A stretch of 64,000 bases of DNA. Source: Mustelus asterias (taxonomy: Eukaryota). Numbering within the stretch: the first letter of the stretch is position 1; the number at the start of each line of letters is the position of its first letter. Below are positions 1 through 12,182 of this stretch, piece after piece. The position numbers and the translations under genes are program-made. The notes under the pieces were generated by a model. It was not told the origin of the DNA. It saw only the letters and a program-made list of their open reading frames with translations, and searched no databases. Location: contig NW_027590138.1 in NCBI RefSeq assembly GCF_964213995.1, positions 248,001-312,000 of the forward strand. The letters run 5' to 3'.

Positions 1-560
1 GTGACCCTGGAGCCCTTTTTATCATGGGCGTGAAACATTCAGGCGCATAAATTCCGGCCCTTGACAGGAAAGTCCAGTAGATCCCCCCCCCCCCCCCTCC
101 ACCGCCCCACCCCACCCCCCCCCCCCCCTCCGAGTCTCGATTCCCTCATCTGTCTGTGTGGCGTTTCCTGTTTCTTCATGATGAAAAACGATTTTTAAAA
201 ATATTCTCCAGTGAAATGTGCGCCATTTCCTCTCGTTCACTTACAGTATGACTTGTATCTGTCTTTTTGAGCACACACTACTATCAGATATTTCAGATGG
301 TGATTAACCATATTAGACTGCACCTATAAACCCATCAAATTCTGTTGTAGACTGAACGAGCTGCGAATATGTGCTCGGTGTCAAAATTGAACATTCCTCT
401 CAGTGCGTCAAAAAGAATGTGCTTCTTATTTCACAGAAAGCATTTGAGGGTGATTTCAGAGCAATGAGAACATGCCTTTCACATCGAGGCTCGGATGATG
501 TTGAGCAACGAACTGAAATCAAGCAATTTTCCCTCACCCGACATGGGAAAGCTTCATGAA

Positions 561-633
561 TGATTCTGTCTCGATTCGAGCCGGGGACATTTCGCGTGTT
601 CGGCGAACGTGATAACCACTACACTACAGAAAC
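561..633 (-). pseudogene. tRNA-Val(AAC) pseudogene
   Basis: Reverse complement: GTTTCTGTAGTGTAGTGGTTATCACGTTCGCCGAACACGCGAAATGTCCCCGGCTCGAATCGAGACAGAATCA. U33>G and the T arm is disrupted. Confidence 0.85.
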
Positions 634-1784
634 AGCTCGAAGTATGCTAGAGCAAATCGGCCAATCTGCAATGTTCAACTACGCTGTGTTGCTGCAGGTT
701 CCGATGGTGCGACTGAGAGCCCATGTCACTGAATTCAGGAAGATCATCGTTGCTTTCAATCTGATTGTACGACTGATCCCGAACATCAAAATTCAAAATC
801 GTTCGTCGCGCAAATATCTAACGGTGCAATGATTTCTGCCCATTCATTAATGCATTATTTTCATCTTTCTTCGAATAATCTCAATCAATTGTACTCAGTA
901 ATAAAAGCAAATTACTGCGGATGAGAAAAGAGAAAATGCTGCAAAATCTCACAATGTCTGGCAGCACCTGTAAGGAGTGAAAAGGGCGGACGTTTCGAGT
1001 CCAGATGACACTTTGTCAAAGCTCATTGTACAATTGTACTCAGTATTTGTTTCAATATTTAGTATCAATGCGTTATTTAACATATATGTCTTCATTCTGA
1101 ATTGAATATCTCTGAAATTGAACATCACTGAATTGCAAACATAACTGAGCAACAGAAGGAAGCGACTAACTGGGTAAGGCAGATCGCAATTTTGACATTG
1201 ATCATCGTCTGCTGTTAAACAAAATCAACTCCATTTCAATGGTAGAGATTGAAAAGGCATCCGTTAGTTGCATTTGAGCCTGTTTAAAATGGGCGTGAAA
1301 CATTCAGGCACATAAATTTTGGCCATGTTTAGGAAAGTCCAATAGATCCGCACTGAGTCTCGATTTCCTCATCTGACTGAGTGCTGTTTCCTATTTCTTT
1401 CTTATGAAGAACGATTTCAAAAAAAATGTTGTCGGAAATGTGCGCCATTTCCTCTCATTCGCTGACACAATCACTTGTGTCTCTCTTTTTGAGCACACAC
1501 TGCAATTAGACATGATTCAGATGGTGATTAACTATATTAGTCTGCACATATAAACCCATGAAAGTCATTTGTGGGCTGAAAGAGATGCTAATATGTGCAC
1601 GCTGTCTAAATCGAAAATTTCCTGTCAGTGCGTCAAAACAATCAGCATTTCTTATTTTACAGAAAATATTTGAGGCCGAGCTCATAGCAAAGATAAGATG
1701 GCTGTAACATCCAGATTTGGATGGTGTTCAGCAACGATCTGAAATCACACAGATTTCCCTCACCCTGCATGGGAAAACTGATGA

Positions 1785-1857
1785 ATGTTCTGCCCGGTTC
1801 TGAAGCGGTGATCTTTCACGTGTTGGGCCAATGTGATAACCACTACACTACAGAAAC
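1785..1857 (-). pseudogene. tRNA-Val(AAC) pseudogene
   Basis: The 5' half GTTTCTGTAGTGTAGTGGTTATCAC is intact. The anticodon and T arms are degenerate. Confidence 0.8.
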
Positions 1858-2831
1858 AAGAGAATGCGCCACGCCGCCAATTGGCCTGACTGCAATGTTG
1901 AACTACATTGTGTTGCTGCAGGTTGTCATGGTCACATTGAGGGTCCATGTCACTTAATAGAAGAACAAATCCGTTACTTTCAACCTGATATCTCAACTTA
2001 TCTTAAACTTCAAAATTAAAAAGCGTTCGTCTGGCAAATGGCTCAGGCAGCAATGGTTTCGGTTCATTCATTAATACATCATTCTCATCTTCCGTCAAAT
2101 AATTTCAAACAGTTATATGAAATATTTGTAGTTATTCAACATTTAATTTCAATACGTTTATTTAACACAGATGGCCTCATTCTGAATTGAATATCTCTGA
2201 AATATACAACATTTTCTTGGAAACATGTCTGACCAACAAAAGAAATAGAGTCACTGGGTAATACCCATGCCATGATGTTTATTTGAGATTGACCACATTC
2301 ATTCTTTAAAGAAAATAAAATGTACTTGAATCCTCTTTATTCTGTGTGTGAAGTATTCTGGCGCCTAAATCTCGTCCATCTATCGGAAGTCCAGGAGGTC
2401 CGCACTGAATCTCGATTTCCACATTTGTCTGAGTGGCTTTAATTATTTCTTTACTGTGAAGAGCAATTTTACAAAGGTGCTTCTGTGAAATGTGCCCATT
2501 TCCTCCAGTTCAGTTACAATTTCAATTGTGTCTGTCTTTATGAGCACACAATACAATTCGATATATTTCAGATGGTGATTAACTAGGTCAGTCTGCACCT
2601 CTAATCCCATTAAATTAATTTGTGGACTGCACGAGTTGCGAATATGTGTATACACAATGGAGTTCTTTATTCCCTGCTTCCTCAAAGAGAGCATTTCTGA
2701 CTTTCCGAAATGCTTTTGAGGCCGAGATCAAAGCCAATATAACATGACCGTGACATCGGATTCGCATGAGGTTGAGCTATGAACTTACATCATGCAGACT
2801 TCGCTCTTACTTAATGACAACGATCCAACAG

Positions 2832-2904
2832 TGTTTCTGCCTGGTTTCGAACCGGGGACTTTTCGCGTGTGAGGCGAATGTGAGAACAACTACACTTCAG
2901 GAAC
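2832..2904 (-). pseudogene. tRNA-Val(CAC) pseudogene
   Basis: Reverse complement: GTTCCTGAAGTGTAGTTGTTCTCACATTCGCCTCACACGCGAAAAGTCCCCGGTTCGAAACCAGGCAGAAACA. The A box is damaged. Confidence 0.82.
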
Positions 2905-3237
2905 AGCTGACAATGCCCACGTGCAGTTTCACTTGTACCTGTCTTTTAGAGCACAGACTACCATTAGACATGTTTCAGATGGTGATTAACTCTGTTAGTC
3001 TGCACCTATTAACCCGTTACATTCTGTTGTAGACTGAACGAAAAGCTAATGTGCGCATGCTGTCAAAATAGAAACATTTATTTCCTGTCAGTGCGCCAAA
3101 ATATTCAGCATTTAGTTTACAGGAAGCATTTGAGGCCGACGTCAAGCAAAGATAATATGAATCGAGATTCGGATAATATTCAGCAACAAACTGAAATCAT
3201 TCAGATTTCTCTCACCCGACATGAAAAATCTTAATGT

Positions 3238-3292
3238 ATTCTTCTGCCCGGTTTCGGACCCGGGTCCTTTACAAGCACTACAGTACAGAAAC
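3238..3292 (-). pseudogene. Internally deleted tRNA-Val remnant
   Basis: Both ends of tRNA-Val remain and the anticodon arm is missing. Flanks match the other Val copies. Confidence 0.65.
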
Positions 3293-3819
3293 AAATGATA
3301 GCATATCGCACTCAATCGACCTGACTACAATGCTCAACTCCACTGTGTTGCTGCAGGTTCGCATGGTTAGATTGAGAACCCATGCCACTTCATACAAGAA
3401 CACACTCGTTACTTTCAACCTGATGTATCAACTTATCTTGTAATTCCAAATTAAAAAAGCGTTCCTCCAGCAAATGCCTAAGGGAACTCAATGAGTTAAA
3501 GCTCAATTGTTTCAGTTCAGAGTTCAGAAGATGTTGAGTAATATCCGGCCCCAGTGGTGATTGGTTCATTCCTTTCCAGCAGGAGACACCCAATCAGCTC
3601 ACATCTCCTTTATCCGACATTTCACCCAATCAGTTCCGAGTGTCTTCAGTCTCCAATTCATGACGTCAGAGGGAGGAGCAGGAACCATTTGAATCTGTTC
3701 TCAGAACAATGAGCTGAACAGAACAACATAAGAGAATAGGGAAGAGGAGTTGCAATGGACCATTTGCTCCTTCATTAGGGCCTGTTCCGCCATTCAGTAA
3801 AATCATTGTTGATCTCCCT

Positions 3820-4898
3820 CACAGTAAGAAGTCTCGCAACACCAGGTTAAAGTCCAATCAGTTTACTTGGTCGCACGAGCTTTCGAGAGACTGCTCCTTC
3901 ATCAGGTGAGTGGAGAGTTGGGTTTAGAAACAGGGCATAGAAAGACACAGACTCAATTGCAAGATAATGGTTGGAATGCGTGTCTTAACAGCGAATCAAG
4001 TCTTTACAGGTACAGACAATGCGAGTGGAGAGCGGGGACAATGACAGGTTAAAGCAGTGTGAATTGTCTCAAGCCAAGCCAGTTAGTAGGATTTTGCAAG
4101 CCCAGGCCAAATGGTGAGGGTGACAAGTCGTGTGACATGAACCCAAGGTCCCGGTTGAGGCCGTTCTCGTGTATGGAAATTGGTTATCAGTTTCTGCTCA
4201 GCGATTCTGCGTTGTCGTGCGTCTTGAAGGCCGCCTTGAAGAACGCTTACCCGAAGATCGGTGGTTGAATGCACTTGACTGCTTAAGCGTGCCCCGACAG
4301 GAAGGGAATACTCTTGCCGGGTGATTGTCGAGCGGTTGCCATTCTTCTGTTGTCGTAGCGTCTGCATAGTCTCGGCGATGTACCATGCTTCGGGACATCC
4401 TTTCCTGCAGCGTATGAGGGAGACAACGTTGGCCGAGTTGCATGTGTATGTATCGTCTACCTGGTGGATTCTGATCTCACGTGTGATGATGGCATCCGGG
4501 TCGATGATCCAACACATCTTACAGAGGTTGCCCTGGCAGGGTTGTGTGGTGTCGTGGTCGCTGTTCTACTTGAAGGCTGGGCAGTTTTCTGCGAACAATG
4601 GTCTGTTTGAGGTTGCGCTGTTTTTTGAACGCAAGTCGTGGGGGCGTGGAGATGGCCTTTGCGTGATATTCGTCTTCATCGATTGTACGCTGAAGGCTCC
4701 GAAGAAGATGTCATAGCTTCTCCACTCCGAAGCTGTCTTGGCTTCTGCACTCTGGGGACGGACTGGAGGAGGAAGGGCACTCTGAGGGCTGTGTCCCGTA
4801 CTTGTCTTCTGAGGAGGTCGGTGCGCTTTTTTGCTATGGCGTGTCGGAACTGTCGATCGATGAGTCAAGCGCAATATCCTGTTCTCACAAGGGCGTCT
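3820..4898 (-). mobile_element. Penelope-like element 3' fragment (GIY-YIG endonuclease plus terminal repeat)
   Basis: ORF 4083-4517: YTCNSANVVSLIRCRKGCPEAWYIAET...RRIAEQKLI, a degenerate GIY-YIG. The terminal repeat contains CTGATGAAGGAGCAG...GAAAGCT. Confidence 0.85.
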
Positions 4899-4950
4899 GT
4901 CAAAAACGACACCGCTCAGACTCCTCCGATCAACCCGAGCTGTTGGACTC

Positions 4951-5032
4951 TGGCAGCGGTGGGATTCGAACCCACGCCTCGAGAGAGACTGAAGCCTAAA
5001 TCCAGCGCCTTAGACCGCTCGGCCACGCTACC
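4951..5032 (-). tRNA. tRNA-Leu(TAG), probably intact
   Basis: Reverse complement: GGTAGCGTGGCCGAGCGGTCTAAGGCGCTGGATTTAGGCTTCAGTCTCTCTCGAGGCGTGGGTTCGAATCCCACCGCTGCCA. A and B boxes are intact, with one G-U in the anticodon stem and a T5 run ~45 nt downstream. Confidence 0.9.
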
Positions 5033-6060
5033 ACACGGGCAGTCTTGATAATCATGTCGTTTCATTGCATTAATACTGAAATATATCAAAATCTGTGGAG
5101 TTGGGATGGGCCCTGACTAAATCGTAGCCGAATCACATGATCCTGAAATGCGCAGCAAACAAAAATCATCTCCAGTCAGAAACACAATGAGCTGCAGTGA
5201 AGGGCCGGCTCCATTTAAACTGTCCTTAACCTCGTTTAGCTCCCAGAAAGGACAATATGGCTTCCTGTTGAATTTGCTCAGGGTCTTCACTTGAGAAAGG
5301 ACAGGACACAAGGCGAGACTGGGATTTGTGCGTTCTGCCTGGAAATAACTGATATTTGTTCTCACGCATTGGAGGAGAGCAATAAATCTTCATTTCCTGA
5401 CCTGCAATCAAAACAGCAGTGAAAGTTTCAAACTCTAACCAGCAGACCAACAGATTACAGCGCGTTTTACAATTTGCTTTGCCCACGATCCTTTTGTTAT
5501 TTTAGTTTCCACGCCAGACCACTTGCACCAGAAACTTCTCCTGCAAAATGGCACCTTCCGTTTCAACACCAGAGAAGTGTTCAGCCAATTACAGGAATAA
5601 TTCCACGACAGTTATCGCGTCCGCCTCCCACGGCGTGAAACTGGTAGAATTTGTTTTCCAAATCATTTTCACTGCAGACTGAGGGAAAAGTTATATATTC
5701 ATATATTTGCAAATTTTAACGAGTCTGATGGGTTTCCCCTGCATTTTCTAGTTGTGAAGTCAGGGGTCACTCCTTGAAAAGGGCAGAAGGTAAGGTTCGG
5801 CACAGAAAACGAGGGAGGATGTATTATTTGACACAAGGAATGATAGACAAGGCAACATTGAGCTGGTGATGGCGGAACTCGGGTGTTCCAATGGTGCAAA
5901 GTCAACGTCTTCACGGCCATGGTCTCGATGGCAGGTGACAAATGTGGAAATAAGTTGAGTATTTTTTTAAATGAGAAACCCGTCGATTGTGTGACGGAAG
6001 AGGAGGAAGAGAATGGCTAAAATGACGATGATCCGCTGATTGGGGAAGTCACTGTCAGCT

Positions 6061-6132
6061 TCCCTGCTGGTCGAGTGGTTTGGATTCGGCACGTTCATCA
6101 CTGTGGACTGGATTCAATCCCCAGCCAGAGGG
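6061..6132 (+). pseudogene. tRNA-Glu pseudogene
   Basis: TCCCTGCTGGTCGAGTGGTTTGGATTCGGC...GGATTCAATCCCCAGCCAGAGG resembles tRNA-Glu with many stem mismatches. Confidence 0.7.
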
Positions 6133-6414
6133 TAACTCGTTTGTATTGCTGTGTGAACTGACACCATGAAAAGGAATTCCGCATTGAATGAAACCAGATC
6201 TGGCAGCGTCCGTGGAGAGAGAAACAAAGTTAATCTTCCAGCTGGATCTTTCATCAAAGCTGGAAAAGTCGGAAATGTAACAGATGGAAAACAACTGCTT
6301 GGCTGTGATTCCAAAATATTGTGAGGGGCTTGAGGGGCGAAATGTTCTATCCAAAATCTCAATCATATTCTAACCCATTGCCGGTATTATTCTGAGCAAT
6401 AGTTACCTTCGACT

Positions 6415-6496
6415 GTTAGCGGAGCCGCATGGTCTTAATTACTAAATTTAAGTTTCAATATCTGAATTGCTGTGGATTCAAATCCCACCACTGCCG
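6415..6496 (+). pseudogene. tRNA-Leu pseudogene
   Basis: GTTAGCGGAGCCGCATGGTCTTAA...TGTGGATTCAAATCCCACCACTGCCG. Confidence 0.6.
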
Positions 6497-6666
6497 AAAA
6501 GTGCAGCTCGTTTGTCTTTTCAGCGAATGGCATTCTGTAAGAACGAAAAAGGAGGAATGAAAGGTGCAGCGTGACCTTCTAGAACAGAAGGTTCTCGACA
6601 GCAACTTTTGTTGCTGTCACTATTCAATGATTTAATATGAGTAACACGAACACATTGACACCGGTT

Positions 6667-6744
6667 GCAGTGGTGGCCAAGCGGCTCAGGCGGTGGATTT
6701 GAAATTATTGTTTTCTCACGGAGATTTGAACCTCACCCAATGCG
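6667..6744 (+). pseudogene. tRNA-Ser(TGA) pseudogene
   Basis: GCAGTGGTGGCCAAGCGGCTCAGGCGGTGGATTTGAAAT... resembles the Ser(TGA) 5' half. The 3' half is degenerate. Confidence 0.6.
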
Positions 6745-8583
6745 CTGCTCAGCATTCATTCCTTTCGATGACTGCAGAATTATTATTCTTTCAATGGAAT
6801 CAAAATCTTTCAAATATTCCCATCTGTTTTTCCTGCTTCACTTCGCATTCCTTCATTTCTGTTCATCAGCTAGAAATCACCAAAACCCCAGCCAGAAATG
6901 GAACAAAACTGAACCCAGTTAGTGACATCATTGATCTATGGGTGTTTGTGTCTTGTCCGCCCTCTGTCACTCTCGGTGTCTGTGTGTGTTCCTCTGTGCA
7001 TCAACGTGATTCAGTTCCCAGAGGGGGTGAAGACATTTTTTAACACCACAAACTGCGTTCACTTATTGATATACGTCAGTGGCAAATGGTAGAGAATAAC
7101 AACATGTTTGAAAGTTGCGAGAAAGATTGACTGGTACAGGCTTTTTTTGACTGGCTATTGCTTATTGACTCAGTCGCCGTGTGTTGCACAGCAGAGGATG
7201 ATTGAAATTTTCACTGATCAACATTTAAACAGACAGTGGATTCACTCGGTGTGATGTTGCATTCCAGTTCTATATCTACAACTACAGCATCAATTTCTAC
7301 CAGTTACTGTGAATCCCATATTTCTAATCGATTGGAAATATACAACAGCATGAGGGGGTAGAGGGGGTCTATTTGGGGGCAGGGCGGGGAGAGGGTCGGT
7401 GGAAACAAGCTCTCAGCATGTACACTGTCAAACAGTCTCGTCTGTTAGAGGGGTTCTATTTGGCGCAGGATGCTCTCAAACCTCCTCCCTTTCAGTTGGC
7501 AGCAACTTTCCTGAACAATTTTCCAACAGAAATCCTGCGGCAGTTTAAATTCAGCGTTTCACTGCCTGGATCCAATTCAATTCCCATTCACGATGCTGTG
7601 CTAATTGCTGTACCTCGCAATCAGTTACTGGTTTGCAAAGAGTCATATTGGACTCGGAAACTTAATTCTATATCTTGCTCCACATTTGTTGCAAGCCCTG
7701 TTGAGAACTTACAGCACTTTCTGCTTTTATTATAAAATGAATAATAGGAGAAGAAGCAGACCACTCAGTCCATCGGGATTGTTCCGCTATTCAATACCAT
7801 CTTGATCGATCTTGGGCTACAACTCAGTTTTTCCACCATCTCCCCTTATCGCTGAATTCCCCAAGAGACCAGAAACTTGTTCATCCAACCTTAAATGTAC
7901 TCGATGATGGGGCGTACATAACTGTCAGGTACAGAGAATGCCAAAGATTCTCAGCCCTTTGAGTAAAGTAATTTCTCCTTATCTTAGCCCGAAATGATCA
8001 GCCCCTTATCTGTTCCACAGTGGGTTAGATTCCCCGACCAGCAGAAAAAAAACAATCTCCCATCAAACCTACTCAGAGCTGTGTCGGTTTAATGAGATCG
8101 CCTCTTATTCTTCTAAACTCCAGAGAATTTCATCACAGGACAGCTCCCTCACCCCAGGGAGCAATCTGGTGAATCTTCTCTTTACCGTTTCCAATGCAAG
8201 CACGTCCCTTTGACTATCACACCTGCACAGAATATTCAACATGTGGTTCCAACCAGCCCTGTGCAACAGCAGAAACACCTCGTTATTCTTGGACTCCAGT
8301 CTGCCGGCAATAAAGGCCAAAATGTAATTCCACTTCCAATTACCTGCTGCACCTACATGCGAGCTGAATGCATTCCTTGTACCAACGAATCTATTCTATT
8401 CTTAATATCAACATTTACATTTTCAACTCATCAAATATATCCTGCTCTTTCTATTTTTTTATGAAGAAGAATAACTTCTCGTTTTTCAAGTTTGCACCTG
8501 ATCTGCTCCTTCACTCAGAAAAGCTCTCTGTTTCATCTCGCAGTCTGTTGGATTCCACCCCACAGCTTCTATCAACTAAGCTT

Positions 8584-8657
8584 GGTCGACAGCGAGAGTT
8601 GAAGGCACGATCCCTGGTTGACCAAGACCAGGGCTCTATCCACTCAGCTACGGAGCC
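8584..8657 (-). pseudogene. tRNA-Thr pseudogene (paralog of 17934-18006)
   Basis: Reverse complement: GGCTCCGTAGCTGAGTGGATAGAGCCCTGGTCTTGGTCAACCAGGG... The anticodon loop has 8 nt and the stems are broken. Confidence 0.75.
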
Positions 8658-8896
8658 AAGCGCTGCAAGTTTTATACATTGCGTGGAGTATTATCAGTGG
8701 ATTGAGGAGCAGCATAGGGATTGAGGTCGGAGATTTTTAATCTGGTGGAGATTTTGATTTGGTGGAGAGCAGGAAATTAAAAGAGGCAACTTGAAAATGA
8801 CATGATTTGACATGTGTGCTCTGTGTGTATCTGACATGTATGTTGTGCTTGTTATGTGATTCTTCTTCAGAGTTTATCGTTAGTGTTACATGGATT

Positions 8897-9375
8897 CATA
8901 GAGTCATAGAGTCATAGAGGTTTACAGCATGGAAATAGACCCTTCGGCCCAACTTGTCCTTGCCGCCTTTTTTTTAAACCCCTAACCTAATCCCAATTGC
9001 CCGCATTTGGCCCATATCCCTCGATACCAATCGTACCCATGTGACCATCTAAATGCCTTTTAAAATACAAAATTGTACCCGCCTCTCCTACTGCATCTGG
9101 AAGCTTGTTCCAGACACTCACCACCCTCTGTATGAAAAAATTGGCCCACTGGAGGCTTTTGTATCTCTCCCCTTTCACCTTAAACCTATGCCCTCTAGTT
9201 TTAGACTCCCCTACCTTTGGGAAAATATATTGACTATCTAGTTGATCTGTGCCCCTCATTATTTTACAGACCTCTATAAGATCACCCCTCAGCCTCCTAT
9301 GCTCCAGAGAAAAAAGTCGCAGTCTATCCAGCCTCTCCTTATAACTTAATCCATCAAGTCCCGGTAGCATCCTGG
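8897..9375 (-). mobile_element. CR1 LINE 3' fragment, present only in cassette copy A
   Basis: ORF 8987-9472: MLPGLDGLSYKERLDRL...RRLRGDLIEV...FFIQRVVSVWNKLP. The tail is (ACTCTATG)n. Confidence 0.88.
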
Positions 9376-9499
9376 ACTTGCATCTCTGACTTTTCCAACT
9401 CCGATGCAAGTTCATCCAGCTGGAAGATTTAGATATTGCTCCCTTCACAAACGCTATGAGGCGGGTTTTCATTAAATGAAGAATTGGACAAAAAGTTAT

Positions 9500-9564
9500 T
9501 CACTCTGTGACTGGGAATTGAAACGACGTCACGGCGCCGATTCTGGTCACTAGACCCTCAGAGA
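9500..9564 (-). pseudogene. Deleted tRNA-Glu-like remnant (paralogs at ~18350-18412 on - and ~52243-52304 on +)
   Basis: TCTCTGAGGGTCTAGTGACCAGAATCGGCG...TTTCAATTCCCAGTCA. The anticodon arm is lost. Confidence 0.55.
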
Positions 9565-10091
9565 CGCTGATGTGAGAGATTTGTAATGAGTTGATCATCT
9601 CTGTACCCATTGCTTCATTTCCAATAACTTTCAATAAGAATGACGGGAGGCGTCCATGACAGGATTTGAGCCTCAGTTAGAAAATCCCAATCTACCCCTG
9701 GGCCGGGACTGCAGTCTCAATGTTTGCAACCCTGTGGTTATATCGGCAGACAGCCATTCAGCCTGTGTTCCCGTTTGTATTCTCTGTCGGAGCAACTCAA
9801 TTCCTTCCAGTCTTGACAAAGGGTGATCTGGACTAGAAACGTCAGCTCTCTTCTCTCATAACTGATGCTGCCAGACTTGCTGACATTTTCCAGCATTTTC
9901 CCGTTTTGTTTCCGATTCCAGCATCGACAATAATTTGCTCCACTCCTTCCACATGCGCTTCTTTACCTCAACAACTGTTTACATTGGTCAGTGTCTCCGC
10001 TTTCTTCCTGCCAAAAACGACACGGCACAAACTCCTGCATTCAATCTGAACTGCTGGATTTCAGCTGCAGGGACCAAAACTCAAGCCCACT

Positions 10092-10172
10092 CGAGCAATG
10101 GCGGGATTTGAACCCACAGCTTATACAGAAACTGGACCCAACTACGGGTTTAAACTGCTCCGCTACGCTACC
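10092..10172 (-). pseudogene. tRNA-Leu pseudogene
   Basis: Reverse complement begins GGTAGCGTAGCGGAGCAGTTTAAA and ends GTGGGTTCAAATCCCGCCATTGC. Flanks are homologous to those of the intact Leu at 4951. Confidence 0.7.
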
Positions 10173-11086
10173 CCGTAACGCTACCCCGTAACGATCCTGC
10201 TCTTTACTGAAAGCGTTACTGAAATTCAGTAGCAGCAAAGGAGCTGAGAAAGGCCATCAGTCGGTTTGAGCCTGCTCCTTCACTGAATCAATTCATCCTG
10301 AACTGTGGAACAAACAGAAATCACATCCAGTCAGAAACAGAATCAGCTGCAGTGAAGGACCGGCACCATTTAAACTGCCTTAACCTTGTCTGATTCCCAA
10401 TATCCTGCCAGATATGACATGAAAACCTCCTGTTGAATTTGCTCAGTCTTCACCTCAGGACACGAGGAAAGATTGTGTTTTATATGTTCCACCAGGCAAT
10501 ACCTGACATTTGTTTTTATGGTTTGGATGAGAGCAACAAATCTTCATTTCCTGACCTGTAATCTGAACAGCAGTGAAAGTGTCAAACTCTAACCATCAGA
10601 CCAACCTATTTTACAGTTTTTCCTTATCCACGCTGCTTTTGTTATTTTAATTTTCGCGCCAGATCACATTCACCACAAGCAAGTCTCTGCCGCAAAATGG
10701 CACCTTCTGTTTGCACCACAGTGATATATTCAGTCCATTACAACAGACAACAGGCATTCCACGCACAGTTATTACTTTCGCTTCCGACGGTTCAAAACTG
10801 GACAGAAACCTTTTCAAATATTGTCGTTGCAGAGTGAGGGAAAGGTTTAATAATTCAGTGTGAACGCTAAAATCTGACCGATTTACTATCCAGATGTTAG
10901 TTTACATCACCATCTCTATCGTCAGCGCTTTGCAGCCTATCACTGTCTTTCTGCTACTATATTTGTTCTTGACCTGTTGCAAATGTGACCTTTCCAGCTG
11001 TGATGTAGACATGCAAACCTCACTCGGTTGATGTTAGGAGATCTGCTTTTATTTTTAATAGTTTGCCGAGAGCAAAATATAATCGT

Positions 11087-11156
11087 TTCCTGAGCGGGAA
11101 TTGAAACCAAACAACACTGGGGTGGTACTGAACACAACCCACTGGACATCCAGGGT
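11087..11156 (-). pseudogene. Highly degenerate tRNA-Glu-like remnant (paralogs ~19978-20046 on - and ~50646-50716 on +)
   Basis: Reverse complement: CCCTGGATGTCCAGTGG...GGTTTCAATTCCCGCTCAGGAAA. Confidence 0.45.
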
Positions 11157-12091
11157 CACGGGTGAAATGTGTTTTTCAAATTGACTTACGATACATCTCT
11201 TAATATGTCCAGTTTGGATGGAACATGGACTGCTGCAGCTAATGATAACACCGTTTGAGATCGCTGGGACATGAAATCGACAGTGAGGTAAAATAGTCCC
11301 ACAACATGCTGAAGTGATCGGGGTATATAAAATTCTAAAAATAATTGATAGATTGAACGTTCACGAAATGTTTCTTCTCATGGGGCAATGGAGAACAACA
11401 GGTCAAATATATAGGTTGAGAGGCGGTAGATTTAAAACTGATTTGAGGAGGAACTGCTTCTCGCAGAGGGTCGTGAATTTGTGGAATTTCAAGAAAGCGA
11501 CAGATATATTCCTAATAATAACAGGGATGAGGGGATATTGGAACAGGTAGGGAGGTGGATTTGAGAACAGGGAGAGATCAGTCATGAACTGATTGCATGA
11601 CGGTTCAGGCTCGAAGCACTGAATTTGCCCACTTCTGCTCCTAATTCTATTTCCTAAGTGTAACTTTCAATTTTCTAAACCCACCAACTCATCACTGTGG
11701 CTCCAATGTAATCTACGTACATTACATCCACAGGTTCCCCTTCATCCACAACTCAACTGCGTCCTGTAAAGGACTTGGGAATGGCCCCATTCTGTGGTGT
11801 AATTACTTTAAAATTCTTTTTTCCCCTCATTTAAGCCCTCCTGATTTACACCCGGCCAGAGGTCTCCCCTCTTGTTATGCTGCTGGATAACACTTGTTTA
11901 AAACCTCCTAATTTCTTACCATGCCCCGTAGTAATCAAAGATTATGGAGGTAAAATATGAGATTTGTTTTCCTATGTACACAAGCTGTCTGACTTTCTGA
12001 GTTTTTCCAGCATTTTCACCTTGCACTGCAGAAATCTGTGCAGCTTTGAATGGCAATGGAAATATTTTCATTGAACAATTTCCCCAGCAGC

Positions 12092-12182
12092 GGCTCGTTG
12101 GACAAGGGGTATGATTCGGGCTGAGGGTGTTAACATCACCAACATGCGAGATATCCCGGGTTCAAAGGCCGAGCGAGAGTTC
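12092..12182 (+). pseudogene. Intron-containing tRNA-Pro (AGG-like) pseudogene
   Basis: GGCTCGTTGGACAAGGGGTATGATTCGGGCTGAGGG[TGTTAACATCACCAACA]TGCGAGATATCCCGGGTTCAAA... Confidence 0.8.

Larger units (their letters stand above)
1..3500. repeat. Diverged tandem array of a ~1.1-1.3 kb tRNA-Val unit (about 3.5 copies)
   Basis: ATGGGCGTGAAACATTCAGGC at 24 and 1289. TTCAGATGGTGATTAAC recurs near 292, 1516, 2567 and 2974. Each unit holds one Val copy. Confidence 0.85.

Noticed and set aside
8584-8657. Frameshift-suppressor tRNA with an 8-nt anticodon loop
   Set aside because: The D, T and acceptor stems are all disrupted, so this is ordinary decay.
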